A stretch of DNA of 64,000 nt from Candidatus Omnitrophota bacterium (GTDB taxonomy: Bacteria > Omnitrophota > Omnitrophia > Omnitrophales > Aquincolibacteriaceae): the NCBI GenBank assembly GCA_043803685.1, contig JAZDJU010000037.1, positions 32,001-96,000 of the forward strand, given 5' to 3'. How positions within the stretch are numbered: position 1 is the stretch's first letter; every line of letters starts with the position of its first letter. The translations under genes and the position numbers were made by a program. The notes under the pieces are model-generated. The model did not search any database, had not been told where the DNA came from, and saw only the letters and a list, made by a program, of their open reading frames with translations. This document shows positions 19,108-28,982 of this stretch, in pieces.

Positions 19108-20616
19108 TTACACCCTTTCGTTCACAAGGAACGAGTTGAACTGCCAAAGCTCCTCTTGGCCTGGAGCCTTGGCGCCAAATTTCAAGTACTTCGTATTGAG
19201 ATTCTGAAGCGGCGTCCAGTCCGACGGAATGGAAACAAAAGGAACAAGGTACGGGACCGCGAATTTCAGGATGAATTCGTGATCGATGTCGTCGGGGAGC
19301 AGGAACCCTTCCTTGGGATTCTGGATCATCCAGAGCGCCGCGGCGACGACAGAGACAGCGACCTGAAGCGTGGTGGCCTGCTGATGCGCCACAAGCTTCC
19401 GCGTCGTGTGGATATCAAGGAGCGACCCGCACCACCAGGACTTGAAATCATGCCCCATGAGAAGCACTCCAAGCTCGTCACGGCCGTCTGTGATGTCATC
19501 GGAAAGAATGCGCTGATTTTCCTGCATCTTGTACTGCCGCATCCGGAGCTCGTGAAGCGAATTGATCGCGGAGTCCGAAGGACAATACGCGTAATGAACG
19601 GTCGGACGATAAACAGCCTCCCCATTCTTCCAGACCGTCAACCGGTCGGAAAGACTGTACGCCTCACCATGGCGAATCACCATGCCATTGATCTCGCCGC
19701 ACGGTACCCAGGACCGGACGAGCGTGTTCATGCCGAGCGTTCCAAGACAGATCTGGTTCTTCGGACCTTCCTTATGTTCGTAACCGTCCTTGGGCAACTT
19801 CTTCTCGTGCGTCCCCCAGCCAAGCTCCGCTGGCGCCACGCCTTCTTCATAGAAACCTTCGATCGACCACGTGTTCACGAATTCGTTAACCTGCTTGGGA
19901 ACGTCCGTGACCTGCGTGTCACGCTCGCTGATATGGATCACCTTGACGCCGGTGAGCTGCGCAAGCTTCGGAAAATCCCGTGAAAGAAGAGCCGCCTCAA
20001 GCGACTTGCGGCGCGGGTCCCGGGATTTTTCCTTAAGGATCTTTTTCGTAATATCGATCAGGGCCTTTTTCGTAAAATGCGACACAAGCCCGGGATTCGC
20101 ACCATGGTCCACGATCGCGGTGGCCCCTTTGACGCCCTTCCAGTGTTTTGCCATCTTCTTGCGAAGCATCATGTGACGGGCGTAAAGCGTGTACTTCGTC
20201 GGATCCGTGCGTTTCTCGTCCCCGTAAGGGTCCCATTCCTCGATCGAGGTGTTCACATAAAGCACCTCGTTCGTACGGCACCAGTCGAGCATCTCCCAAC
20301 AATGAATGTTCCAGGCAAGATCGATGATCATGTCCCCCGGACCGACGTACTTGGCGAGAAGTTTTTTATAATTGTCCTGAGTCACTTTGTCAAAAACATA
20401 CTTCACGCCGCGCTTCAGGGCGTCCTGTACCCGGGGACGGTTGTCCACAAAATCCATGATCGTGATCTTCGAAGCTGGCATATCGAAGTGTCGCAGGACG
20501 AGCGGGACCGTACACTGCGCGACACCGCCGCAGCCGATCATGAGGAGCCTGCCGCCAAACTTCACTTTCGTTTTCGGAATGACCGCCTTGACCTTCGGGT
20601 ATTTAAATCCGCTCAT
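19108..20616 (-). CDS. hss: homospermidine synthase
   Basis: GCGGV Rossmann motif, HGANPGLVSHF, HISERDTQ, NTWSIEGF, PAELGWGTHE, YRPTVHYAY. Confidence 0.93.
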   Translation of the reverse strand: MSGFKYPKVKAVIPKTKVKFGGRLLMIGCGGVAQCTVPLVLRHFDMPASKITIMDFVDNRPRVQDALKRGVKYVFDKVTQDNYKKLLAKYVGPGDMIIDLAWNIHCWEMLDWCRTNEVLYVNTSIEEWDPYGDEKRTDPTKYTLYARHMMLRKKMAKHWKGVKGATAIVDHGANPGLVSHFTKKALIDITKKILKEKSRDPRRKSLEAALLSRDFPKLAQLTGVKVIHISERDTQVTDVPKQVNEFVNTWSIEGFYEEGVAPAELGWGTHEKKLPKDGYEHKEGPKNQICLGTLGMNTLVRSWVPCGEINGMVIRHGEAYSLSDRLTVWKNGEAVYRPTVHYAYCPSDSAINSLHELRMRQYKMQENQRILSDDITDGRDELGVLLMGHDFKSWWCGSLLDIHTTRKLVAHQQATTLQVAVSVVAAALWMIQNPKEGFLLPDDIDHEFILKFAVPYLVPFVSIPSDWTPLQNLNTKYLKFGAKAPGQEELWQFNSFLVNERV

Positions 20617-20647
20617 GTTCTTCTTTTTCTCCGACTCTAAGTTAAGA

Positions 20648-20680
20648 GGGACAGGCTGCTTTTAAAAAGCTACCTGTCCC
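20648..20680. repeat. GGGACAG/CTGTCCC inverted repeat (REP-like)
   Basis: GGGACAGG-CTGCTTTTAAAAAGCTA-CCTGTCCC upstream of hss. Confidence 0.65.
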
Positions 20681-20791
20681 TTGGAACGCTTTGAAATAAG
20701 ACAGCAGGGCACGAATACTACATCAAAACATTTTCCCCATCAAGAAATACCCTGAGCGAACAGGGAAGTCTAAACCTGGAACCCCCTAAGA

Positions 20792-22387
20792 TTACGACAC
20801 CACCTTGATCGTCCGGATCTCATTCGTGTAACCGTCGGAAGCCAGCCCGTATTCCACCTCGATCGTATCGCCTTGGATCCAGCTCAAATTCGTAGAGCTT
20901 CCGTCCTTATCCCTGATCATAGCGTCAGGCGCGACCCAAAAGAAAAACTGCCTTCCCACCCGGTCCCGGAGCGTCAACTTCTGGACCTTTTTCCCCGCGT
21001 TATCTCCCGTTATCACCGAATCGACTTTGCCCACAAGGACCTCGAGTTTTCCCGCAGGGCCGGTTCCCTTGTGATATTGCTCACTCATCATTTTTCCTGA
21101 TTCGGAAAACTCCCGGGAGAACCCCCGCAGCTGCCCTTGATCGTAATTCTTAAAACCTTTGAGTGGCCCTGACTCATAATAGAACTTGACCGTACCGTTA
21201 AGCTTTCCTTTTTCATAGTACTCCTCTTGCTTGATCGTTCCGCTTGGATAATATCTCTTCAGCTTTCCCGAGAGATCCCCATTAAAGTAATCCGCTTCGG
21301 TCTCCGGCGTCCCTGTCTCATAACAATCCTTAGACACGCCGCTAAGCAATCCGCTCTTATAAGGCTTCTCGCTCTTTAATTTTCCCGTCTCGTAATATTC
21401 CTTGGCAGTACCCTCGAGCGTTCCTTCTTTATAAATCGCTTCGCTTAACAAGGTTCCCTTTTCGGAATATTTCTTAAGCGATCCCTGGAGCTCTCCGTTC
21501 AGGTAATAAGCCTCGGTCTTCAAGACCCCTGACTCATGATATTCCTTCAAGAGACCCTGAAGCTTTCCGCCCCAGTAAACCTTCTCGCACTTAAATTTTC
21601 CCGTCTCATAATATTCTTTGACCGGTCCCTCTAGCACCCCGGCCTTGTAAGTCGCCTCGCTTTGCAATTTTCTTTTTTCATAATATCTCTTAAACGTGCC
21701 CGAGAGCTGATCGTTGGCGTAGGTAGCCTCGATCGCCACTTGTCCCGATTCATTATATTCCCTGGCGGAACCCGAGAGTTTTCCACCTCTGTAAATTTTC
21801 TCGCTCTTTAATTTCCCCGTCTCGTAATATTCCTTGGCCGTACCCTCCCGTTTTCCGTCCCTGTAAACCTCTTCCGACTTCAACCGCCCATTTTCGTGAT
21901 ACCCCTTCACCACCCCATCGAGCTCCCCGTTCTTGTGGAACTTCTCGCACATCAGATTCCCGGACATGTAATATTCCTTCGCGGGGCCGTGAAACTTCCG
22001 GCCCTGATAAGCGACCTCGCTTTTCATTTTTTTATTCACGTAATATTCTTTAAGTAACGCCATACGTTCCAACTCGAAAATGGCCTCGCTCTTGATAAAC
22101 CCGTTCTCGTAATACAGCTTCTTCTTCACAAGCTTGCCGTCGCTATAGAATTCCTCTTTTTTTATTTTGGCAGGGCCCACCTCGGGCTTGGGGAAATACT
22201 CCTCGGTCCTTTCAAGGTAAACATCAACGAAATATTTGACCAACCGCTTCTCCCCATTAGGGAAATATTCCACTTCCATACTCCGGTCTTCCTTCACCGC
22301 CCCGTAGACGAGAGCGCTTAAAGCCCCTGTCGAAACGAGAAGCGCCGCCAGTAAGCCGCTTATCCAAATTCTTTTTTTAACGATCAT
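20792..22387 (-). CDS. MORN-variant repeat protein (YwqK-like) with N-terminal signal/anchor
   Basis: many ~24-aa repeats of G.L.G..KEYYE.GKLKSE..Y; separate small C-terminal beta domain. Confidence 0.85.
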   Translation of the reverse strand: MIVKKRIWISGLLAALLVSTGALSALVYGAVKEDRSMEVEYFPNGEKRLVKYFVDVYLERTEEYFPKPEVGPAKIKKEEFYSDGKLVKKKLYYENGFIKSEAIFELERMALLKEYYVNKKMKSEVAYQGRKFHGPAKEYYMSGNLMCEKFHKNGELDGVVKGYHENGRLKSEEVYRDGKREGTAKEYYETGKLKSEKIYRGGKLSGSAREYNESGQVAIEATYANDQLSGTFKRYYEKRKLQSEATYKAGVLEGPVKEYYETGKFKCEKVYWGGKLQGLLKEYHESGVLKTEAYYLNGELQGSLKKYSEKGTLLSEAIYKEGTLEGTAKEYYETGKLKSEKPYKSGLLSGVSKDCYETGTPETEADYFNGDLSGKLKRYYPSGTIKQEEYYEKGKLNGTVKFYYESGPLKGFKNYDQGQLRGFSREFSESGKMMSEQYHKGTGPAGKLEVLVGKVDSVITGDNAGKKVQKLTLRDRVGRQFFFWVAPDAMIRDKDGSSTNLSWIQGDTIEVEYGLASDGYTNEIRTIKVVS

Positions 22388-22425
22388 AAAAACCTCCTCT
22401 TTTCATCGTAGGCTGTAGCCATCGT

Positions 22426-22448
22426 CGTGGCCCGTGGCACGCGGCTCA
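22426..22448. repeat. heptamer tandem array (CGTGGCN x3), single arm
   Basis: CGTGGCC CGTGGCA CGCGGCT overlapping the carbonic anhydrase stop codon. Confidence 0.5.
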
Positions 22449-23147
22449 CTTTTCTTCTAACCACTCCACCTTGCCGGTCTTAATATCGTAGAGTGCGGGA
22501 ACGATCTTGAGCGCGCCTTGATCGGCTAAGTCCTTGATCACGGGGCTCCCAGACCGGAGGTCCCTTTCCACCTGGAACGCGTTCCGCTTCGCGACCTCGT
22601 CCGTCAGTGCAGCATCCTTCAGGTCCGGAAATTCCAGCATCACTTGCTTCACGACCGATTTGAACTGTTCCTGGATATCGGCGAGACTTCCCTCAAGTTT
22701 CTCCCCCGAGACGGCGGCCCCGGCCACGCCGCATTGCGTGTGACTCAGGATCACCAGAAGCGGCACGTGCAAATGCCCCGCCGCGTACTCCAGAGAACCG
22801 ATCACGCTGCTATCCACGGCAATGTTCCCCGCGACCCGCACCGTAAAAATATCCCCGATCCCCCGGTCAAAGATCATTTCCACCGGCACCCTCGAATCCG
22901 AGCACCCGATCACGACCGCGAACGGCTTCTGCCCGTAGAAGGCAGTCTCTTCCCGCCTCGCGCTATTCTCGTCAGGATGCTCCATCTTCATATCCACGAA
23001 GCGGGCGTTGCCTTCCTTGAGAAGTGCAAGAACATCGTCCGCCGTCCGTTCTCCCCCCTCCTCAGCCGCGAACCCTGGCCCGATGCTTGCAACCCAACCT
23101 GTCATCAACGCGATAAAAAAAAGTGTTTTGATTTTTTTCATCTTCAT
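22446..23147 (-). CDS. beta-class carbonic anhydrase, probably exported
   Basis: LKEGNARF, GCSDSRVP, RVAGN, HTQCG zinc ligands; signal peptide from MKMKKIK (start re-assigned). Confidence 0.92.
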   Translation of the reverse strand: MKMKKIKTLFFIALMTGWVASIGPGFAAEEGGERTADDVLALLKEGNARFVDMKMEHPDENSARREETAFYGQKPFAVVIGCSDSRVPVEMIFDRGIGDIFTVRVAGNIAVDSSVIGSLEYAAGHLHVPLLVILSHTQCGVAGAAVSGEKLEGSLADIQEQFKSVVKQVMLEFPDLKDAALTDEVAKRNAFQVERDLRSGSPVIKDLADQGALKIVPALYDIKTGKVEWLEEK

Positions 23148-23421
23148 AAGTTTTTCATACCCGTAAAAATCTGAAGGATACCGTTCAGCGTTTCTCTCCT
23201 TGAGCTGACCGATCCCGATCTTCACGTCAATTTTGAAGCGTCTGATCTCCATAGTCAAGCCCGACGGACGACGATAAACTCTTGCGGGGGTCTTCACTCG
23301 TGGTCCATGGATCGTAGAACGGGAAGGGCGACACACGAAAGACGGCCGTAAACCCCACCCACCTAGATCTCAGATTAAGACTAGGGTCTATCGGCTGCTT
23401 ATTATTTTTACTTCGGAGAAA

Positions 23422-24585
23422 CTACTTAAAAATCGAAGCAATCCGTTGGACGGCGGTTTCGATGTCTTTTTCGGAGGTGGCGTAGCTCATGCGGATATGC
23501 TGGGCGCTGCCGAAAGGCTCACAGGGGATGACGGCTACGTGGACTTCGTCGAGAAGTTTCTTTGCGACCTCAAGGCCGCTTAAGCCCGTCGCGCGGATAT
23601 CCACAAAAAGATAGAAAGCTCCGTTCGGTTTGAACGGCTTGAAGGACTTCACGACTTTCAGTTTCTCGATAAAAAGGTCACGGCGCTTCTGGAACACGGC
23701 GCACATCTTCTGGGCTTCCGCATCCCCCTGGTCCAGGGCGACCACGCCGCCGGGCTGCGTGAAAGAGACCGGGTTCGACGTCGAATGACTCTGGATGCTC
23801 TCGACAGCCTTGGCGAGGGCCTTTTCCGGGATCGCGGCATAGCCCAAACGCCAGCCGGTCATCGCATAGGCCTTGCTGTGTCCGTTCACGATCACGGTGC
23901 GCTTGGCGATCTCGGGATCCACCGACGCGATCGAAGCGTGCTTCCGGCCGTCAAAAACAAGTTTCTCGTAGATCTCATCACTTAAGACGGTCACGTTCGG
24001 GAATTTTTTGAGCACCACACAAAGCGCCGCGAGCTCCTCCGCGGAATAGATCGCCCCAGTGGGATTCGACGGCGAGTTCAGGATCAGGACCTTGGACTTC
24101 GGCGTAAGCGCCTTCGCGAGCACGTCGGGGGTGATCTTGAAATCCGTTTTTTCCGTCGCAGGAAGAAAAACATTCGTGCCGCCGAGCACGGTCACCATTT
24201 CGGGATAGCTCAACCAGTAAGGCACAGGGATGAGGACTTCATCGCCGGGATTCAGGAGCGCGAAAAGTACATTGAAGATCACGTGCTTGGCGCCGCAGCC
24301 GACCACAATCTGGTCAGGGGAAAAATCAAGCCCCTGGTCGCGTTTTAGTTTGCGGCAGATGGCCTGTCGAAGTTCGAGGATCCCAGAAACGGGCGTGTAT
24401 TTGGTATTGCCCTTCTTCAGGGACTCGATACAGGCGTCTTTGATAAAGGAAGGAGTGTCAAAGTCCGGCTCGCCGGCGGAAAGGGAGATTACGTCGATCC
24501 CCTGCGCCTTCATGGCTTTCGCCTTAGCCGCGATCTCGAGCGTGACCGATGGTTTTACCGCTTGGACTTTGCTAGAGAGTTCCAT
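23422..24585 (-). CDS. class I/II PLP aminotransferase (aspartate aminotransferase family)
   Basis: GEPDF, NSPSNPTG, SDEIYE, SKAYAMTGWRLGY. Confidence 0.92.
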   Translation of the reverse strand: MELSSKVQAVKPSVTLEIAAKAKAMKAQGIDVISLSAGEPDFDTPSFIKDACIESLKKGNTKYTPVSGILELRQAICRKLKRDQGLDFSPDQIVVGCGAKHVIFNVLFALLNPGDEVLIPVPYWLSYPEMVTVLGGTNVFLPATEKTDFKITPDVLAKALTPKSKVLILNSPSNPTGAIYSAEELAALCVVLKKFPNVTVLSDEIYEKLVFDGRKHASIASVDPEIAKRTVIVNGHSKAYAMTGWRLGYAAIPEKALAKAVESIQSHSTSNPVSFTQPGGVVALDQGDAEAQKMCAVFQKRRDLFIEKLKVVKSFKPFKPNGAFYLFVDIRATGLSGLEVAKKLLDEVHVAVIPCEPFGSAQHIRMSYATSEKDIETAVQRIASIFK

Positions 24586-24587
24586 AT

Positions 24588-24688
24588 TTACCCCGTTAGA
24601 GATAAGGAGCGCTTTTTCAAGCGCTCCTGTGAAACATTTTCAATATAATCAAAACTAGAGGCTTTAGCCCTGAGCTCTAACGGGGCAA
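24588..24688. mobile_element. MITE-like ~100 bp element with CCCCGTTAGAG terminal inverted repeats
   Basis: TTACCCCGTTAGAG ... CTCTAACGGGGCAA, internal hairpin AGGAGCGCTT/AAGCGCTCCT. Confidence 0.6.
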
Positions 24689-24691
24689 GTT

Positions 24692-25267
24692 CTAGTTCTC
24701 GTCGCCCTTGAGAAATTTCCGGAGCTTCCCGAGGAATCCGCCTTTTTTCTCGGCGTCTTTCTTTTCTTCGACCTTCAGCGTCTCGGCTTCTTTCTCTTTT
24801 TTCAAGTCCGAAGCCTTGGCTTTGGGTGATTCTTTTTCCGGGGCTTTTTCAGCTGATTTTTCCGCGGGCTTTGCGGCTTTTTTCTTCTTCGTTTTTTTGG
24901 CGGGCGCCTCGAATACAGCGGTCCATTCCAAAAGAGCCATCTGCGCGCCGTCCCCGGCACGATAGCCTAAGCGAAGGACGCGGGTGTAGCCGCCTTCGCG
25001 TCCCTTGAAAAGCGGAGCGATCTTCGTGATCAGAATGTTCGCGATCTCCGGGTCCCGGACCTTGGTGATCAAAAGACGGCGGGCATGAATTCCGTCCCGC
25101 TTTGCGATCGTGATCATCTTGTCCGCGAACGCGCTGGTCTCTTTGGCCTTGGCATGCGTCGTCTCGATGCGTTTCTTTAAAACGAGCGCGCGCACAAGAT
25201 TCCTGAGCTTCGCGGTGCGATGAGCGGTCACTACTCCTAATGTTCTTCTGCGGCGTTGATGGCGCAT
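24692..25267 (-). CDS. rplQ: 50S ribosomal protein L17 with long C-terminal extension
   Basis: MRH start, IETT..KAK, GGYTRV, R.GDGA.MA; position after rpoA. Confidence 0.97.
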   Translation of the reverse strand: MRHQRRRRTLGVVTAHRTAKLRNLVRALVLKKRIETTHAKAKETSAFADKMITIAKRDGIHARRLLITKVRDPEIANILITKIAPLFKGREGGYTRVLRLGYRAGDGAQMALLEWTAVFEAPAKKTKKKKAAKPAEKSAEKAPEKESPKAKASDLKKEKEAETLKVEEKKDAEKKGGFLGKLRKFLKGDEN

Positions 25268-25279
25268 GTTAGATCCTTA

Positions 25280-26284
25280 TCATTCTGTCGGGGCCGCGTT
25301 GGAAGCGGCCTTGTTCGAAGAAGCATCCTCAACGTTCATTCCGAGACGCAGGTTCATCGCGACCAGGATCGCGTTGATCTCGTTCAAGGATTTCTTCCCG
25401 AAGTTTTTGTATTTGAGCATTTGCGCTTCCGTCTTCTGGATCAGCTCGCCGATGGTCTTGATATTGGCCGCCTCGAGACAGTTGGCGCTACGGACGGAAA
25501 GTTCCAATTCGCTGATCGGCTTGTGGACCATATCCAGAAATTCCTTGTCCTCAACCTCTTCTTCTTCCTCTTCCTCCGGCAACTCACCGTAGTTGACGAA
25601 AACATCGAGATGCCGCTGGAGAATGTTCGACGCGTAAAGAAGCGCCTCTTCAGGCCCCATGGCGCCGTTCGTCCAAACCTCGAGGACCAAACGGTCATAA
25701 TCCGTCACCTGGCCGACGCGAGTGTCTTCCACGTAGAAATTCACCTTGTTCACGGGCGAAAAACAAGAATCGACAGTGACCACCCCGATCGAAGCGTCTT
25801 CCTGCTTGTTCTTTTCAGCAGGAACATAACCGCGACCGCGACCCACTTCCATCTCCATCTTGAAGCTATGGGACTTGCTCAGAGTGCAGATCACCAGATC
25901 CGGATTGACGATCTCGACCGTCTCATCCGCCTGGATATCGCCTGCCGTGACCGGGCCTTGTTTTTTGACGTCGATATAGATCTTTTTCGGCCCCTTGCCC
26001 TGATAGCGAAGTACGATCTTTTTTACGTTCATCACGATCTGGGCTCCGTCTTCCACCACGCCCTCGACCGCGGAGAATTCATGCAACATTCCGTCGATCT
26101 TGATGTTGGTCACCGCAGCGCCATCAATTGAAGAGATCAACACGCGGCGAAGCGCGTTCCCGACCGTCGTTCCGTAGCCCCGTTCGAACGGCTCGGCGAT
26201 AAACTTACCGTAATTGGGCGTCAGCGACCCCTGTTCCACTTCAAGGCGCTTCGGCATTTCAAACGTTTTCCAACGAATACCCAT
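25280..26284 (-). CDS. rpoA: RNA polymerase alpha subunit
   Basis: EPFERGYGTTVGNALRRVL, LELSVRSANCL. Confidence 0.98.
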   Translation of the reverse strand: MGIRWKTFEMPKRLEVEQGSLTPNYGKFIAEPFERGYGTTVGNALRRVLISSIDGAAVTNIKIDGMLHEFSAVEGVVEDGAQIVMNVKKIVLRYQGKGPKKIYIDVKKQGPVTAGDIQADETVEIVNPDLVICTLSKSHSFKMEMEVGRGRGYVPAEKNKQEDASIGVVTVDSCFSPVNKVNFYVEDTRVGQVTDYDRLVLEVWTNGAMGPEEALLYASNILQRHLDVFVNYGELPEEEEEEEVEDKEFLDMVHKPISELELSVRSANCLEAANIKTIGELIQKTEAQMLKYKNFGKKSLNEINAILVAMNLRLGMNVEDASSNKAASNAAPTE

Positions 26285-26340
26285 GATAGTTCCTCCTTAT
26301 GCGATCCGAGATAAAAAATACTGTGAGAAATAGCCCTGTC

Positions 26341-26964
26341 TTACTTCGAGAACAACTCCACGATAAGCGCTTCTTCGACAGGGAGACCTGCGTCAGCCTT
26401 GGTGGGGAGCCTTGTAAGCTCTCCGACCAGTTTCACGCGATCCAGCGCGAGCCATTCCGGAGCATTCAGATCCTTCCACTTCTCCATCATCGCTTGCACT
26501 CTTTTGATCGGCGCTTCTTTTTGCTTCACGCTGATCTTGTCCCCGAGCTTGCAAATGAAGGACGCGATATCGACCTTCTTGCCATTCACGGTAATATGCC
26601 CGTGTCCAACCATTTGACGCGCTTCCCGGCGGGAACCCGAAAAAAGAAGCCGGAACACCACATTGTCCAGGCGCCGCTCGTGAAGCTGGATCAACATCTC
26701 GCCCGTCACGCCCTTCATCTGGACCGCACGCGCGAAGAACACGCGAAACTGGCGCTCGGTGACGCCGTAGATCCTCTTCATCTTCTGCTTCTCGCGCAAC
26801 TGCACGCCGTAGTCAGAGATCTTCTGCCTCGAGAGGCCGTGCTGGCCGGGCGGCTTCGACAAACGTTTGTCATGCTTTTCATCGGTCGTACGACGCCCCT
26901 TGAGGCCGAGGTTGATCCCCTCGCGACGATGCAATCGGATGACCGGACCGCGATATCTTCCCAT
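26341..26964 (-). CDS. rpsD: 30S ribosomal protein S4
   Basis: PPGQHG, QLREKQK, ERRLDNVVFR. Confidence 0.98.
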   Translation of the reverse strand: MGRYRGPVIRLHRREGINLGLKGRRTTDEKHDKRLSKPPGQHGLSRQKISDYGVQLREKQKMKRIYGVTERQFRVFFARAVQMKGVTGEMLIQLHERRLDNVVFRLLFSGSRREARQMVGHGHITVNGKKVDIASFICKLGDKISVKQKEAPIKRVQAMMEKWKDLNAPEWLALDRVKLVGELTRLPTKADAGLPVEEALIVELFSK

Positions 26965-26967
26965 AAA

Positions 26968-27339
<372 letters not shown>

Positions 27340-27369
27340 AGAATTCCTCTTGTCTCCAGTCAGCTCAGA

Positions 27370-27756
27370 TTATTTAGGCGCGGGCGCTCCCTTAGCGAGC
27401 CCCCCCACGGTTTTGCGTTTGCCCTTTCGGGTACGCGCGTTCGTATGCGTCCTCTGTCCGCGACAGGGCAGACCTTTCAAATGTCTCGACCCCCGGTAGC
27501 AACGGATATCCATCAGACGTTTGATGTTCATCTGGATCTCACGACGAAGATCCCCTTCCACTTTCGTGGTCTTCTGGATGATCCCTGTGAGAGAAGAAAC
27601 CTCCCCCTCTGTCAGGTCCTTGGCGCGTTTCGCCGGATCGACCTTCGCTTCCGCCAAAATCTGCTTCGAAAGCGTCTTCCCGATCCCGTACAAATAGGTC
27701 AACGCCACATCCACTCTTTTTTCTCTCGGGATATCCACCCCAATGATACGCGGCAT
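27370..27756 (-). CDS. rpsM: 30S ribosomal protein S13
   Basis: [23 protein letters not shown]. Confidence 0.98.
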   Translation of the reverse strand: MPRIIGVDIPREKRVDVALTYLYGIGKTLSKQILAEAKVDPAKRAKDLTEGEVSSLTGIIQKTTKVEGDLRREIQMNIKRLMDIRCYRGSRHLKGLPCRGQRTHTNARTRKGKRKTVGGLAKGAPAPK

Positions 27757-27783
27757 ACTCTGGGTCCTTTCTTAAAAATTCAA

Positions 27784-27897
27784 TTAACCTTGTCGCTGCT
27801 TGTGTTTTGGATTACTGCAGATCACATACACGTAGCCCTTGCGACGCACGATCTTGCAATTCTCACAAATCCTACGAACCGAACTTCGAACTTTCAT
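27784..27897 (-). CDS. rpmJ: 50S ribosomal protein L36
   Basis: hand translation [37 protein letters not shown]; below the ORF-track cutoff. Confidence 0.97.
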   Translation of the reverse strand: MKVRSSVRRICENCKIVRRKGYVYVICSNPKHKQRQG

Positions 27898-27914
27898 TTT
27901 TCACCTCAGATAAT

Positions 27915-28133
27915 TCATTTAACTCGAAAAGTGATCCTTCCCCGCGTCAGATCATACGGAGAAAGTTCCATCTTTACTTTGTCCCCGGGAAGGATGCGGA
28001 TATAGTGCATCCTCATTTTCCCCGAGATGTGCGCCAACACCTTATGTCCGTTCTCAAGCTCCACGCGAAACATCGCATTCGGCAAAGGCTCGATCACAGT
28101 TCCTTCTACTTCAATTGCATCTTCTTTCGGCAT
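27915..28133 (-). CDS. infA: translation initiation factor IF-1
   Basis: [23 protein letters not shown]. Confidence 0.98.
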   Translation of the reverse strand: MPKEDAIEVEGTVIEPLPNAMFRVELENGHKVLAHISGKMRMHYIRILPGDKVKMELSPYDLTRGRITFRVK

Positions 28134-28208
28134 CGCCTAGTCCCACTCCTTATCAATTTCAGAGAATCTGAAATTGGGCCAACCCTTGTCGACCATCCAA
28201 AAAAAGAA

Positions 28209-28976
28209 TCATATACAAGGGTCGAAAGCCTGACTGCCCGTTAAATTTATAAATCCATTTTCCGTAAAAGCGATCGTATCTTCATAGTGGCTGGCGTTTT
28301 TTCGATCTTTCGTGACCACCGTCCATCCATCCGCGAGCGTTTCCACCGCATAGTTCCCTGCGGTCACCATCGGCTCCACAGCGATCACTAACCCCGGCTC
28401 GATCTTCGCTCCACGTCCGCCCTTCCCATAATTCGGGACCTGCGGATCTTCGTGAAGCTGTCGTCCGATCCCATGGCCTGCGTAATCCCGAACCAACTGG
28501 AATCCCCGCCCCTCCACATGCTGTTGGATCATTTGAGAAATGTCACCGATCCGCCAACCAGGCTGATAAGCCGCAAGCATTGCGTCTAGCGAGTCCTTCG
28601 CAGTGCTGATCAGGGCTTTTTTTTCCGGCCCCACCTCGCCCACCGGCCAAGTCCTCGCCGCATCCGCGTAAAAACCGTTCAATTTCACTCCGACATCCAC
28701 GCTAACGATATCGCCATGCTTCAATCGACGTGCGTCCGGAATTCCGTGGACCACGGCTTCGTTAACGGAGATGCAGGCCGTGCTTGGAAACCCCCGATAC
28801 CCCTTGAACGCCGGCTGGCCGCCGTTCTCAAGTATCACTTTCTCCGCCACGCGATCCAGCGCTTCCGTCGTGACACCTTCGACGACTAAAGGCTTCACGG
28901 ACTCGAAAACTTTTCTTAAGATCTTTCCGGCCTCCGCGATCAGCTGAATTTCGCGCTTCGATTTCAGCTCGATCAT
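28209..28976 (-). CDS. map: type I methionine aminopeptidase
   Basis: CISVNEAVVHGIP, GHGIG..LHEDP, EPM. Confidence 0.97.
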   Translation of the reverse strand: MIELKSKREIQLIAEAGKILRKVFESVKPLVVEGVTTEALDRVAEKVILENGGQPAFKGYRGFPSTACISVNEAVVHGIPDARRLKHGDIVSVDVGVKLNGFYADAARTWPVGEVGPEKKALISTAKDSLDAMLAAYQPGWRIGDISQMIQQHVEGRGFQLVRDYAGHGIGRQLHEDPQVPNYGKGGRGAKIEPGLVIAVEPMVTAGNYAVETLADGWTVVTKDRKNASHYEDTIAFTENGFINLTGSQAFDPCI

Positions 28977-28982
28977 GCGGGC

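Noticed and set aside
20792..22387. Diversity-generating retroelement or shufflon acting on the MORN repeats or the pilin
   Set aside because: No reverse transcriptase or recombinase in the window, and I saw no template/variable repeat pair.
23150..23420. Possible ncRNA or small gene between the aminotransferase and carbonic anhydrase
   Set aside because: Only one modest hairpin (about 23362-23386) and no recognisable RNA family or convincing ORF.
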